The translations under genes and the position numbers were made by a program. The notes under the pieces were generated by a model. It saw only the letters and a list, made by a program, of their open reading frames with translations, was not told the origin of the DNA and made no database searches. From a virus (lineage: Duplodnaviria; Caudoviricetes), in IMG/VR virus record IMGVR_UViG_3300043394_000186, positions 1 to 57,846 of that record: DNA of 57,846 nucleotides; one strand, 5' to 3'. Positions within the stretch are counted from its first letter, which is position 1. Every line of letters begins with the position of its first letter. This document shows, piece by piece, positions 16,484 through 25,318 of the stretch.

Positions 16484-16770
16484 GTGACCCGGCGAAGATC
16501 GACCCGCAAACCTTGAACCGCAAGAAGGGCTTCAGGTCGCGCAAGCCAGACGCCATGACGGTGGCCGAGCGCCAGCGCAAGTACCGGCTCAAGCAGGGCG
16601 GGCGCACGATCAACACCCGGCTGTCGCCCGAGATCGCCGCCAGCTTCCTGTACCTGAGCAAGGAGTGGGGCATGCAGTCCGACCGCGAGGTGATGGAGGC
16701 GGCCGTCCGGTTCCTGACGCTATGCACCCGGCAAGGCCTTACCCGGCTGCCCCAAACCATGGACGATTGA
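16480..16770 (+). CDS. Putative DNA-binding protein
   Basis: GTGA coupling; AMTVAERQRKYR motif. Confidence 0.65.
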   Translation: MSDPAKIDPQTLNRKKGFRSRKPDAMTVAERQRKYRLKQGGRTINTRLSPEIAASFLYLSKEWGMQSDREVMEAAVRFLTLCTRQGLTRLPQTMDD

Positions 16771-16796
16771 CCGGGGGTATCACAATGCTTTATAGT
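16767..16796 (+). promoter_or_regulatory. Late promoter upstream of the terminases
   Basis: TTGACC-18-TATAGT; GTATCACAATG at 16777-16787. Confidence 0.75.
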
Positions 16797-16824
16797 CCTG
16801 CCCGGGGAAGTGTCCCCAAAATCT

Positions 16825-16855
16825 GGCCCGCCGCGTGCGGGCCTTTTCTATTTTT
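16825..16855 (+). terminator. Leader terminator before terS
   Basis: GGCCCGC-5-GCGGGCC then TTTTCTATTTTT. Confidence 0.8.
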
Positions 16856-16924
16856 GGCCCCGGCTCTCGCTGAAAAGTTCGTCTCCCTCGTAGGTGAGAT
16901 GCCGTGGGCCTCCTCTTCAGCACC

Positions 16925-17428
16925 ATGGCAGACACCACCAAAGACACCAAGCGCAAGCCCCCCGGCACCGCTCTTCACCTCGACCCCAAGCGCGTTGAGG
17001 CAGCGAAGCTCAAGGCTCAAGTGCTCGAGTTCGCCGAGGAGGTGTTCGACCGCTACGTGTGGGGCGAGTCCTTCCAAGAGATCGCCGACAGCATGCCTTT
17101 CGCCATTGCTGGCTGGAAGCTGCGCCAGATCCTCATGGACAGCGAGGAGACAGCAGATCAGTACGCCATGGCTGGCATCGAGCGCGCCCACAACCTCGTG
17201 GACGCAGCTCTCCAGTACGGCCGCCGGGCAGCAGCCATCGGTGACGCATCGGGCCTGAAGGCCGCCATTGACGTCAACCTGAAGGTGGCCGCCAAGCTCA
17301 ACGCGGCAGCCTATGGCGACAAGACCAAGGTCGAGCACACCGGTGCCAATGGCCGGGCCATCGAGATCAAAGCTGACTTGTCGCTGACGGCTGAGCAGGC
17401 CTACGAGCGTCTGATCAAGGGGGAGTGA
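16925..17428 (+). CDS. terS: Terminase small subunit
   Basis: Position; VAAKLNAAAYGDKTKVEHTGANG. Confidence 0.85.
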   Translation: MADTTKDTKRKPPGTALHLDPKRVEAAKLKAQVLEFAEEVFDRYVWGESFQEIADSMPFAIAGWKLRQILMDSEETADQYAMAGIERAHNLVDAALQYGRRAAAIGDASGLKAAIDVNLKVAAKLNAAAYGDKTKVEHTGANGRAIEIKADLSLTAEQAYERLIKGE

Positions 17429-18945
17429 TGGACGGCTTCGACTGGATCAATCCCGACTACGAGAAGGTGTTCCAGACCCGCGTGGAGCGCCTCGAGCGCA
17501 TGCGCGCGCAGCCCGAGATCGTGGCCCGCCTGCTGGACTACTACGCTGGGCACCCGGCCGACTTCATCTCCGATTGGGGCATGACATTCGACCCACGCTT
17601 GGCCGAGAAGGGTCTGCGCACCGTCGTTCCGTTCGTGCTCTTCCCCAAGCAGCGGGAGTTCATCGACTGGTGTCTGGCCCGCTGGCTGGCCCGCGAAGAC
17701 GGCATCGTGGAGAAGAGCCGAGACGCTGGCGTGTCGTGGCTGTGCGTGGCGTTTGCCGCGTGGATGATGCTCTTCAAGGTCGGCACCGTGGTCGGCTTCG
17801 GCTCCCGCAAGGAGAGCTACGTCGACCAGATCGGCAACCCGGCCAGCCTGTTTTGGAAGGTGCGCGAGTACATCAACCTGCTGCCAGCCGAGTTCCAGCC
17901 CGAGAACTGGGACCCGAGCAAGCACGCCCCGTTCATGAAGATCCAGAACCCCGACAACGGGTCCTTCATCACCGGCGAGGCTGGCGACAACATTGGCCGA
18001 GGCAACCGCACGTCGATCTACTTCGTGGACGAGGCGGCGTTCCTCGAGCATCCAGACGCAGCCGACGCTGCGCTGTCTCAGACATCGAACTGCCGGATCT
18101 ACGTGTCAACGCCCAACGGTGCGGGCAATCCGTTCTACCGCCGCGCACACGACGGCCGCACCAAGAAGTTCATCTTCGACTGGCGTGACGACCCGCGTAA
18201 GGACGAGGTCTGGTACGAGAAGCAGCGCGCGACGCTGGACCCTGTCGTGCTGGCCCAAGAGGTGGACCGCAGCTACACCGCGTCTGTGGCCAACGCGTTC
18301 ATCCCGGGCGAACTGGCACAGGCCGCAGCCCGCAAGGGTGCAGCCGACATCATGGCCTACGGCCCCGTGCTGATGGGCATCGACGTCGCCCGCTTCGGCG
18401 ACGACAAGACCTGCTTTACGTTCCGCCAAGGCCGCGTGTGCCTGCGCCAGATCGTGTTCGCCGGCATGGACGTCGTGGACGTTGCAGGCCGCGCCAAGGA
18501 CGAGATCCGCGCCATGAACGGCGACGTGGGCCAGATCGCTGTCGACACCATCGGCATTGGCTCCGGCGTGGCGGACATCCTGCGCCGCGACTTTGGCGAG
18601 CTGGTGGTGGACGTCAACAGCGCCCTGCGAATGGGCGACGGCCAGAACTACAACCTGCGCGCCAAGATGTGGCGCGACATGCGCGAATGGCTCAAGGCCG
18701 GCGCATCTATTCCCAACGATCCCGATCTGATCACCGACCTGACTGCGCTGCAGTACGGCTACAAGGGCGGCGACCTGCTGCTCGAGAGCAAGCAAGACGC
18801 CAAGAAGCGCGGCATCAAGTCCCCCGACCGTGCTGACTCGCTGGCGCTGACGTTCGCTGTGCCGCCCAAGAAGCTCGATGACTGGCAGGTCCCAGTCCAA
18901 AACACAGCCGCATGGGCGGCGCTCGATGAAGTCACAGGCTACTGA
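17425..18945 (+). CDS. terL: Terminase large subunit
   Basis: EKSRDAGVSW, FVDEAAF, VSTPNG, GIDVARFGDD, SPDRADSL. Confidence 0.95.
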   Translation: MMDGFDWINPDYEKVFQTRVERLERMRAQPEIVARLLDYYAGHPADFISDWGMTFDPRLAEKGLRTVVPFVLFPKQREFIDWCLARWLAREDGIVEKSRDAGVSWLCVAFAAWMMLFKVGTVVGFGSRKESYVDQIGNPASLFWKVREYINLLPAEFQPENWDPSKHAPFMKIQNPDNGSFITGEAGDNIGRGNRTSIYFVDEAAFLEHPDAADAALSQTSNCRIYVSTPNGAGNPFYRRAHDGRTKKFIFDWRDDPRKDEVWYEKQRATLDPVVLAQEVDRSYTASVANAFIPGELAQAAARKGAADIMAYGPVLMGIDVARFGDDKTCFTFRQGRVCLRQIVFAGMDVVDVAGRAKDEIRAMNGDVGQIAVDTIGIGSGVADILRRDFGELVVDVNSALRMGDGQNYNLRAKMWRDMREWLKAGASIPNDPDLITDLTALQYGYKGGDLLLESKQDAKKRGIKSPDRADSLALTFAVPPKKLDDWQVPVQNTAAWAALDEVTGY

Positions 18946-18953
18946 GGTAAACC

Positions 18954-21182
18954 ATGAACCCCAAAGACATCCCACAAGACATGGCCGTAATGGTCGGCGA
19001 CGAGGTGCTCACCGCTGAGCAGTTCGAGAACATGCAACGCGAGCAGGTCCATGGCCTGCATGGCCAGTTCACCGCGATGCGCGACAAGTGGGTGCAGCAC
19101 CGCGCCATGTCGGGCGTCGAGAAGCGCTGGCGCAAGAACGCGCAGCTCTACTTCGGTGAGCACACCAACAGCACCGGCGAGTTCGAGAACACCCTGCGCA
19201 ACGGCCCGCCCGCACGCAAGGTGACCGACGGCAACCGCTCCCGCGTGGTGATCAACATCGTGCGCCCCAAGGTCGATCAGGCCGTGGCCCGCATGTGCGA
19301 GATCCTTTTCCCCGTGGACGACCGCAACTGGGACGTCAAGGCCACACCGATCCCCGAGGTGGCCGACATGACCGGCGACCAGCGCCAGACCGTCGACCCA
19401 ATGACCGGCCAGCCCACCGGCATGACCGCAGCCGACGAGGCCAAGTTCGTGATGGAGGCCGCCAAGAAGTCGGCCGAGGCCATGCGCGACTCGATCGACG
19501 ACAGCCTGACCGAGTGCCAGTACAACGGCGAGAGCCGCAAGATGGTCGAGGACGGCGTGCGCTTGGGCGCAGGCATCATGTACGGCCCGTTCCCGGCTCG
19601 CCAGACCAGCAAGGTGTGGCTGCCCCAGCCTGATGGCACGCAGTCCCTGCAGATCAACGAAGCGATCGTGCCGGCCAGCGAGCGCCTTGACCCGTGGGAC
19701 GTGTGGTTCGACCCCGCCTGCGGCAACGACCACCAGCGTGGCCGTGGCTTCTGGTTCCGCCGCAACGTCACCCGCAAGGAGCTGCGCAAGCTGGTGGGCC
19801 TGCCGGGCTACGACACCGACGCCCTGCGCGATGTCCTGCGCACGCCACCCAACCGCATCCGCGTGGCCGAGGGCCGCGTCATCCGTGACGTGATCCAAGA
19901 AGACAGCTACGAGATGTGGACCTACCACGGCGAGATCGAACCCGACGAGATGGAGATGCTCAGCTCACGCACTGGCGACCCGCTGACCGACGTCGCCTTC
20001 GGTGTGCTGATCATGGTCAACGACAAGATCGTCGGTGCCATGCCCTCGTGGGTGGTCGACGAGACCCTGCCCGTGGACGTGTGGTGCTGGCGCAAGGCCG
20101 ACGACTCCCCGTACGGCTACGGCCTGCCCGACGAGCTGGAGCACCAACAGCGCGTGGTCAACAGCGCTTGGCGTCAGGTCATGGACAACGGCCGCACCTC
20201 GCTGGGTGGCCAGATCGTCATGAAGAAGGGTCTGATCATTCCGCAGAACGGCAGCTACGAGATCACCCCCAACAAGATCTGGCTGGCCAAGGACGACCTC
20301 GAGGACGTGCGCCAATCGTTCAGCGTGTTTGAGTTCAACAGCCACCTGCAGGAGCTGCTGTCGATTGCGCAGGCCGCCATGGCGTTTGCTGACACCGAGT
20401 CCAGCATGCCCCAGATCATGGGCGGCGAGCAGGGCAGTGCGCCCGAGACCGTCGGCGGCATGGTCATGCTCTACAACAACGCCAACGCAGTCCTGCGCCA
20501 GCGCGTGAAGCTCTACGACGACAACGTCACGCGCCCGCACATCGGCCGCTACTACGACTGGAAGATGGCCAACGATCCAGATCCAGCGATCAAGGGCGAC
20601 TACGAGGTCGACGCACGCGGCTCCACCGCACTGATCGAGCGCGACATCCAGAACCAAGCGCTGCTCAATCTGGCCAACATCACCAACAACCCGCGCTACA
20701 TCCCTCACCTGAAGGAGCGTGCAGAGCTGCAGGCGATCCTGAAGGCGTTCAAGGTGAATCCTGACGAGCTGATGAAGACCGAGGACCAAGTCGCTCAGGA
20801 CCAGCAGGCCATGGCAGAGCAGGGCGCTCCGCAGGACCCCAAGATCGCCACCGAAGAGATGCGCATGCAGGCCAAGCAGTTGGACCTGCAGGACCGCGAC
20901 AAGCAGCGCAACTTTGAGCTGACTAAGCAGGACCGCGAGCTGCAGGTGCGCCAGCAGACGCTGGCCTACAACATCGAGCGCGAGCGTGCCGAGTCCGAGC
21001 AGCAGGCGATCGACAACCAGCTCACGCGCGACTTGGCCATCGCGAAGCTGCAGTCGACCGATCAGTTCAACCGTGAGTCGATGGCCGCCAAGGAACGACT
21101 CGAGATGATCAAGATCCAAGACGGCCGCGAGCGCTTCAATGCAGAAGCCGCTTTGAAGGTCCGCCAAGGCTCCGGCATTTGA
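18954..21182 (+). CDS. Portal protein
   Basis: Position and size; RLDPWDVWFDP; C-terminal coiled coil. Confidence 0.88.
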   Translation: MNPKDIPQDMAVMVGDEVLTAEQFENMQREQVHGLHGQFTAMRDKWVQHRAMSGVEKRWRKNAQLYFGEHTNSTGEFENTLRNGPPARKVTDGNRSRVVINIVRPKVDQAVARMCEILFPVDDRNWDVKATPIPEVADMTGDQRQTVDPMTGQPTGMTAADEAKFVMEAAKKSAEAMRDSIDDSLTECQYNGESRKMVEDGVRLGAGIMYGPFPARQTSKVWLPQPDGTQSLQINEAIVPASERLDPWDVWFDPACGNDHQRGRGFWFRRNVTRKELRKLVGLPGYDTDALRDVLRTPPNRIRVAEGRVIRDVIQEDSYEMWTYHGEIEPDEMEMLSSRTGDPLTDVAFGVLIMVNDKIVGAMPSWVVDETLPVDVWCWRKADDSPYGYGLPDELEHQQRVVNSAWRQVMDNGRTSLGGQIVMKKGLIIPQNGSYEITPNKIWLAKDDLEDVRQSFSVFEFNSHLQELLSIAQAAMAFADTESSMPQIMGGEQGSAPETVGGMVMLYNNANAVLRQRVKLYDDNVTRPHIGRYYDWKMANDPDPAIKGDYEVDARGSTALIERDIQNQALLNLANITNNPRYIPHLKERAELQAILKAFKVNPDELMKTEDQVAQDQQAMAEQGAPQDPKIATEEMRMQAKQLDLQDRDKQRNFELTKQDRELQVRQQTLAYNIERERAESEQQAIDNQLTRDLAIAKLQSTDQFNRESMAAKERLEMIKIQDGRERFNAEAALKVRQGSGI

Positions 21183-21185
21183 TCG

Positions 21186-21214
21186 TTGCACCCAGTATCA
21201 CAATGCTGTATTAT
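21186..21214 (+). promoter_or_regulatory. Late promoter upstream of the head genes
   Basis: TTGCAC-17-TATTAT; GTATCACAATG at 21195-21205. Confidence 0.75.
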
Positions 21215-21276
21215 TCGCCCCGGGGAAGTGTCTCTTGCAGTTGCCTCCCTGTTTTCCTCAAGGTTGAACAAGTTCC

Positions 21277-21315
21277 GAGCGGGGCTGTCAGAAATGGCGG
21301 CTCCGCTTTTCTTTT
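21277..21315 (+). terminator. Leader terminator before the head genes
   Basis: 14-bp stem including G-U pairs, GAAA loop, T-rich tail. Confidence 0.8.
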
Positions 21316-21327
21316 GTCTGGAGACGA

Positions 21328-21567
21328 ATGAGACCCGAAGACTTCCGCAGTGCCACATGGAAGCGGCTGTCGCAGTTGCTTGAGCAAAGGCTCGAGGAAC
21401 TACGACAGCTCAATGATTCGCCCACGTACGACGCCATCAAGACGGCGCAGATCCGTGGGCAGATTGGCGAGCTAAAACGGATTCTGGCCCTTGCCGAAGA
21501 GGCGAGCGCCAGTCCCGCAGTCGACCCTGACGAACTGTCAGCGTTGGCGAACCCCGGTCAGCGATGA
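21328..21567 (+). CDS. Hypothetical head-region protein
   Basis: GGAG RBS; TAQIRGQIGELK. Confidence 0.8.
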   Translation: MRPEDFRSATWKRLSQLLEQRLEELRQLNDSPTYDAIKTAQIRGQIGELKRILALAEEASASPAVDPDELSALANPGQR

Positions 21568-21589
21568 CCAAAAAGTGAGACGACCCTAA

Positions 21590-22480
21590 ATGAACCCCGC
21601 ACAGGAAACTACGAACCCGAAAGACGAAGCACAGAAGATCTGGGACCAATTGGAAGCAGAGGACGCAGGACGCGCGCAGCCTGCCAACGATGAGCCAACT
21701 GACCCACCAGCAGATCTGACAGCCGAGGCCAACCCCGCCGCCGCAGCGCCCGCCGATTTTCCGGCCGACGCATCCAAGGGCAGCGAAGAGGTGGACCCAC
21801 AAGGCAGTCAGGCCCTGATGGACAAGATCTCTGGACTTGAATCCATGCTTGGCCAAGTCACGCAACGTCTACGAAATGCCGAAGGTCACATCGGTGGACT
21901 GGGCAGCCAACTGAAGCAACAGCAACAGGTGGCAGCACAGGTCACTGCAAAGGGCGGCGACGCGCCAACTGCCGGAGAGATCCGTGCAGCGCAAGTCAAC
22001 CCCGAGAAGATGGACGCTTTGAAACGCGACTATCCCGAGTTCGCGGACGCGATGGAGTCAGCGCTGAATGAGCGACTGAGTCTGCTCGAGCAACAGCTCA
22101 AGCAAGCACAGCAGCCCGTCCAGCAAGGCGCAGGCCCTGCCGAAATCGCACGTCTGAGAGCTGAGATGTCCGTCGAGATTCGGCACCCGGGTTGGCAGGA
22201 TCGTGTGCAGACGCCCGAGTTTGTTGGCTGGCTGCAGCGACAACCACGCGAGGTGCAAATGCTTGCGGCGAGCGAAAGCCCGCAAGACGCAGTGCGCCTG
22301 CTGGACCTGCATTCACAGGCAGCAACCACGGCAACGTCACAAAGAACGCAGCGCCTGTCTGCTGCGGCGGCAATTCCTTCTGGCCGCTCTGGTGCGCAAT
22401 CACGCGCCAAGGCTGTCGAGGATATGACGCCTCAGGAGTACTGGGCCTATCTGGACCAACTTGACAAGCAAAAGGCTTAA
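21590..22480 (+). CDS. Putative scaffolding protein
   Basis: Acidic and coiled-coil; directly upstream of the capsid gene. Confidence 0.7.
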   Translation: MNPAQETTNPKDEAQKIWDQLEAEDAGRAQPANDEPTDPPADLTAEANPAAAAPADFPADASKGSEEVDPQGSQALMDKISGLESMLGQVTQRLRNAEGHIGGLGSQLKQQQQVAAQVTAKGGDAPTAGEIRAAQVNPEKMDALKRDYPEFADAMESALNERLSLLEQQLKQAQQPVQQGAGPAEIARLRAEMSVEIRHPGWQDRVQTPEFVGWLQRQPREVQMLAASESPQDAVRLLDLHSQAATTATSQRTQRLSAAAAIPSGRSGAQSRAKAVEDMTPQEYWAYLDQLDKQKA

Positions 22481-22482
22481 TC

Positions 22483-23514
22483 ATGCAAACCTACTCTCTC
22501 GTTCCTTCCCGGAACCTCATCATGGCCGAGCGCGAAATGCTCAAGCACGCCATGCCCATCAAAGTTCTGAGCACCTTCGGCACCCAGAAACAGATCCCCC
22601 AGAACAAGACTGACACCGTGGTGTTCCGTCGCGCTCTGCCGATCGACGCTGGCACCAACGGCGCTCCTTCGATCACCACCAGCAACTACCTGTTGCAAGA
22701 AGGTGTGACTCCCGGCTCGCGCACCATCACGTACCAAGACGTGCAGGTCACCCTGCAGCAGTACGGCGTGCTGATGAAGCTGTCGAGCAAAGCTGAAGCC
22801 ATGTACGAGGATGACATCCCCGGCGACATGGTGAAGCTGGTCGGCGAGCACATGGCCTCCATCGAAGAGTTGATCTCTTACGGTGTGGTCCGTGGTGGCA
22901 CCAACGTCGTGTACGCCAACGGCACCGCACGTACTTCGGTGAACACCGCCATCACCCTGAACAAGCTGCGTCAAGCCGCTCGTCAACTGGAGAGCGCACA
23001 CGCTCAACTGGTGACCGAGAAGCTGGCCGCGTCCGTGAACTACGGCACCACTGCCGTGGAACCCGGCTACTTGGTGTTCATCCACACCGACATGGAAGCT
23101 GACTTCCGTAACCTGAGCGGCTTCGTTCCTGTTGCCCGCTACGGTTCGCAGAAGCCTGTGCATGAGCGCGAAGTTGGCAGCGTCGAGCGCTTCCGCATCG
23201 TGACCAGCCCCTACTTCAAGCCATTCCTCGTTGCAGGTGGCTCGATCACTTCTGGCACCTTCCTGTCCGCAGGCGGCACTTCCGGCACCACTGCCGACGT
23301 GTACCCCTGCATGGTGGTTGCTCAGGAGGCTTGGGGTCAGGTTGCACTGAAGGGCATGAACGCCATTCAGCCGATCTACTTGCCCGCAAAGCAGATCACT
23401 CACGCCAACCCCATGGGTCAATTCGGTTACGTCGGTGCCAACTTCTACAAGAATGCTGTGCGCCTGAACGAAAACTGGATGGTCCGTGTCGAGGCCGCCT
23501 GCTCGGCTCTGTGA
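22483..23514 (+). CDS. Major capsid protein (N4-gp56-like)
   Basis: LQEGVTP, QQYG, EVGSVERFRIV, NPMGQFGYVG, LNENWMVRVE. Confidence 0.92.
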   Translation: MQTYSLVPSRNLIMAEREMLKHAMPIKVLSTFGTQKQIPQNKTDTVVFRRALPIDAGTNGAPSITTSNYLLQEGVTPGSRTITYQDVQVTLQQYGVLMKLSSKAEAMYEDDIPGDMVKLVGEHMASIEELISYGVVRGGTNVVYANGTARTSVNTAITLNKLRQAARQLESAHAQLVTEKLAASVNYGTTAVEPGYLVFIHTDMEADFRNLSGFVPVARYGSQKPVHEREVGSVERFRIVTSPYFKPFLVAGGSITSGTFLSAGGTSGTTADVYPCMVVAQEAWGQVALKGMNAIQPIYLPAKQITHANPMGQFGYVGANFYKNAVRLNENWMVRVEAACSAL

Positions 23515-23518
23515 TGAC

Positions 23519-23540
23519 CGGGGGCTTCGGCCCCCGTCTT
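23519..23540 (+). terminator. Hairpin after the capsid gene
   Basis: CGGGGGC-TTCG-GCCCCCG; weak T tail. Confidence 0.6.
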
Positions 23541-23568
23541 CCCGAAACTCTTTTCAAGGATTTGAATC

Positions 23569-24084
23569 ATGTCTGACAACCTCTCTATGAACTCCGGTGC
23601 CACGTTTGCTTTGGCATCTGCTGGTCTGGCTGAAGGCACCAACGCCAACACCATCAAGACCACTGCTGACATCACCTACACGATCGACGGCCGCTTCTAC
23701 GCGAAGGCCACGACCGACAACATCGCCATCAGCTACACCGGTGCCTCCGTGTACCAAGCTGCTGCTGGTGGTGTGCAAGCCATCAACGGTGGCTTCACTG
23801 GTGGTGTGAACGGCTCCACTCGCCTGTACCTGTTGACGCTGGATGCCAGCGGTGCCGTCGGCATCGTTCCCGGCGCAATCGTCGACAGCGCTGAGCTGGC
23901 CGCTGGCCGCGTGGCCCTGCAGTTCCCTGACGCCCCCGCTGGCGTTTGCCCCTTCGGTGCCCTGCGCATCGCCCTGACTGCTGGCACCGCGTTCACTCCC
24001 GGTTCCACTGACCTGAGCGCCTCTGGCGTGACTGACACGTTCTACAACCTGATGGACGTGCCTGCCAATCCGCTGACTGCCTAA
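23569..24084 (+). CDS. Putative capsid decoration protein
   Basis: Position; Gly/Ala/Thr-rich; codon bias like the capsid gene. Confidence 0.65.
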   Translation: MSDNLSMNSGATFALASAGLAEGTNANTIKTTADITYTIDGRFYAKATTDNIAISYTGASVYQAAAGGVQAINGGFTGGVNGSTRLYLLTLDASGAVGIVPGAIVDSAELAAGRVALQFPDAPAGVCPFGALRIALTAGTAFTPGSTDLSASGVTDTFYNLMDVPANPLTA

Positions 24085-24092
24085 GTCGGCAA

Positions 24093-24125
24093 GGGGTCAC
24101 CTTCGGGTGACCCCGCCCCCGTTTT
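24093..24125 (+). terminator. Hairpin or terminator
   Basis: GGGGTCACC-TTCG-GGTGACCCC. Confidence 0.6.
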
Positions 24126-24143
24126 AACTGGAGACCAAACCCC

Positions 24144-24626
24144 ATGAGCACCACACCCAACAGCTACGAGCGCAAGCGCTCCCTCGCATCCGAGGACGTC
24201 AAGATCGAGAAGCAGGTCACCCCTGCATCCGAGGCTTCGGCGGCCGGCGGCCACGAGATCGACACCGACCGCGTCATCAGCACCGATGCCCTCGACAATG
24301 AGGCATTCATGCGCGACGAACTCGAGGTGTTCTTCAACGAGCCCAACAACGAGAACGAGGCGGCCTTCGTAGAGGTGAACGTCAATGGCGACTACCGAAT
24401 GGTGATTCGCGGCAACTCAGCGATGCTGCGCCGGTATCACGTTGCTGTATTGGCCAACGCCAAGCAGTCGCGCGTGCGTCAACGCAAGATCGTCGCAGGT
24501 GACGGGTCCATGGGGTTCCAAGAAGAGAACGTGTTGGCTCTGACCTACCCGTTCCAAGTCATGCACGATCCCAACCCAAAGTTGGGCGTGCCATGGTTGC
24601 GCAAACTTCTCTCGAACCCGGTCTAA
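24144..24626 (+). CDS. Hypothetical virion-region protein
   Basis: GGAG RBS; VEVNVNG. Confidence 0.8.
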   Translation: MSTTPNSYERKRSLASEDVKIEKQVTPASEASAAGGHEIDTDRVISTDALDNEAFMRDELEVFFNEPNNENEAAFVEVNVNGDYRMVIRGNSAMLRRYHVAVLANAKQSRVRQRKIVAGDGSMGFQEENVLALTYPFQVMHDPNPKLGVPWLRKLLSNPV

Positions 24627-24629
24627 GAT

Positions 24630-25310
24630 ATGAACTTCTTGCAGCTCGCGCAAACCCTTCGCCAAGAGGCTGGTGCCTCTGGCAATGGACCGGCGGCCGT
24701 CACTGGCATCGTCGGTGAATCCAAACGCTTGGTTGACTGGATCAACCGGGCGTGGATTGAGATCCAAGGCATGCACGATGTCTGGGACTTCATGCGCGAG
24801 CCGTTCTCGTTCAACGTCCCGCAAGGCGACGGTCAGGTCACGCCTGCCCAAGCCGGGTTGTCCGGCTTCCGGTATTGGCATCGTGAGACTTTCCGCTGCC
24901 AGCGCACCGCCATCGGCATCGAGGACGAGCAGTGGCTGGTCGAGTGGGAGTACCAAACCTTCCGCAACACCTACCGGTTCAACTTGCAGCGCGAGCTGCA
25001 AGGCCGGCCCATGGTGTTCGCCATCTACCCCAACGGCAAGGACATCATGTTTGGACCCTTGCCTGACGCTGAGTACACCGTCGTCGGTGAGTACCAGCGC
25101 CTGCCAACACCGTTGGTCAACGCAGAAGACGAGCCGGACATTCCCGAGCATTTGCAGTACGCGATCGTCTACAAGGCGCTCGAGTACTACGGCTTCTACG
25201 AGTCCGCTGCTGAAGTGATCCAGCGCGCTCAGAAGCAGTTCGTGGCCATCAAGGCGCAGCTCGAGCGCGAGATGCTTGGCTCCGTTTATCTGGGCAACCC
25301 GCTGGCCTGA
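24630..25310 (+). CDS. Head-tail adaptor (tail tubular protein A-like)
   Basis: MNFLQLAQ..., WINRA, PLPDAEY, PDIPEHLQYAIVYKA. Confidence 0.78.
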   Translation: MNFLQLAQTLRQEAGASGNGPAAVTGIVGESKRLVDWINRAWIEIQGMHDVWDFMREPFSFNVPQGDGQVTPAQAGLSGFRYWHRETFRCQRTAIGIEDEQWLVEWEYQTFRNTYRFNLQRELQGRPMVFAIYPNGKDIMFGPLPDAEYTVVGEYQRLPTPLVNAEDEPDIPEHLQYAIVYKALEYYGFYESAAEVIQRAQKQFVAIKAQLEREMLGSVYLGNPLA

Positions 25311-25318
25311 GTACCACC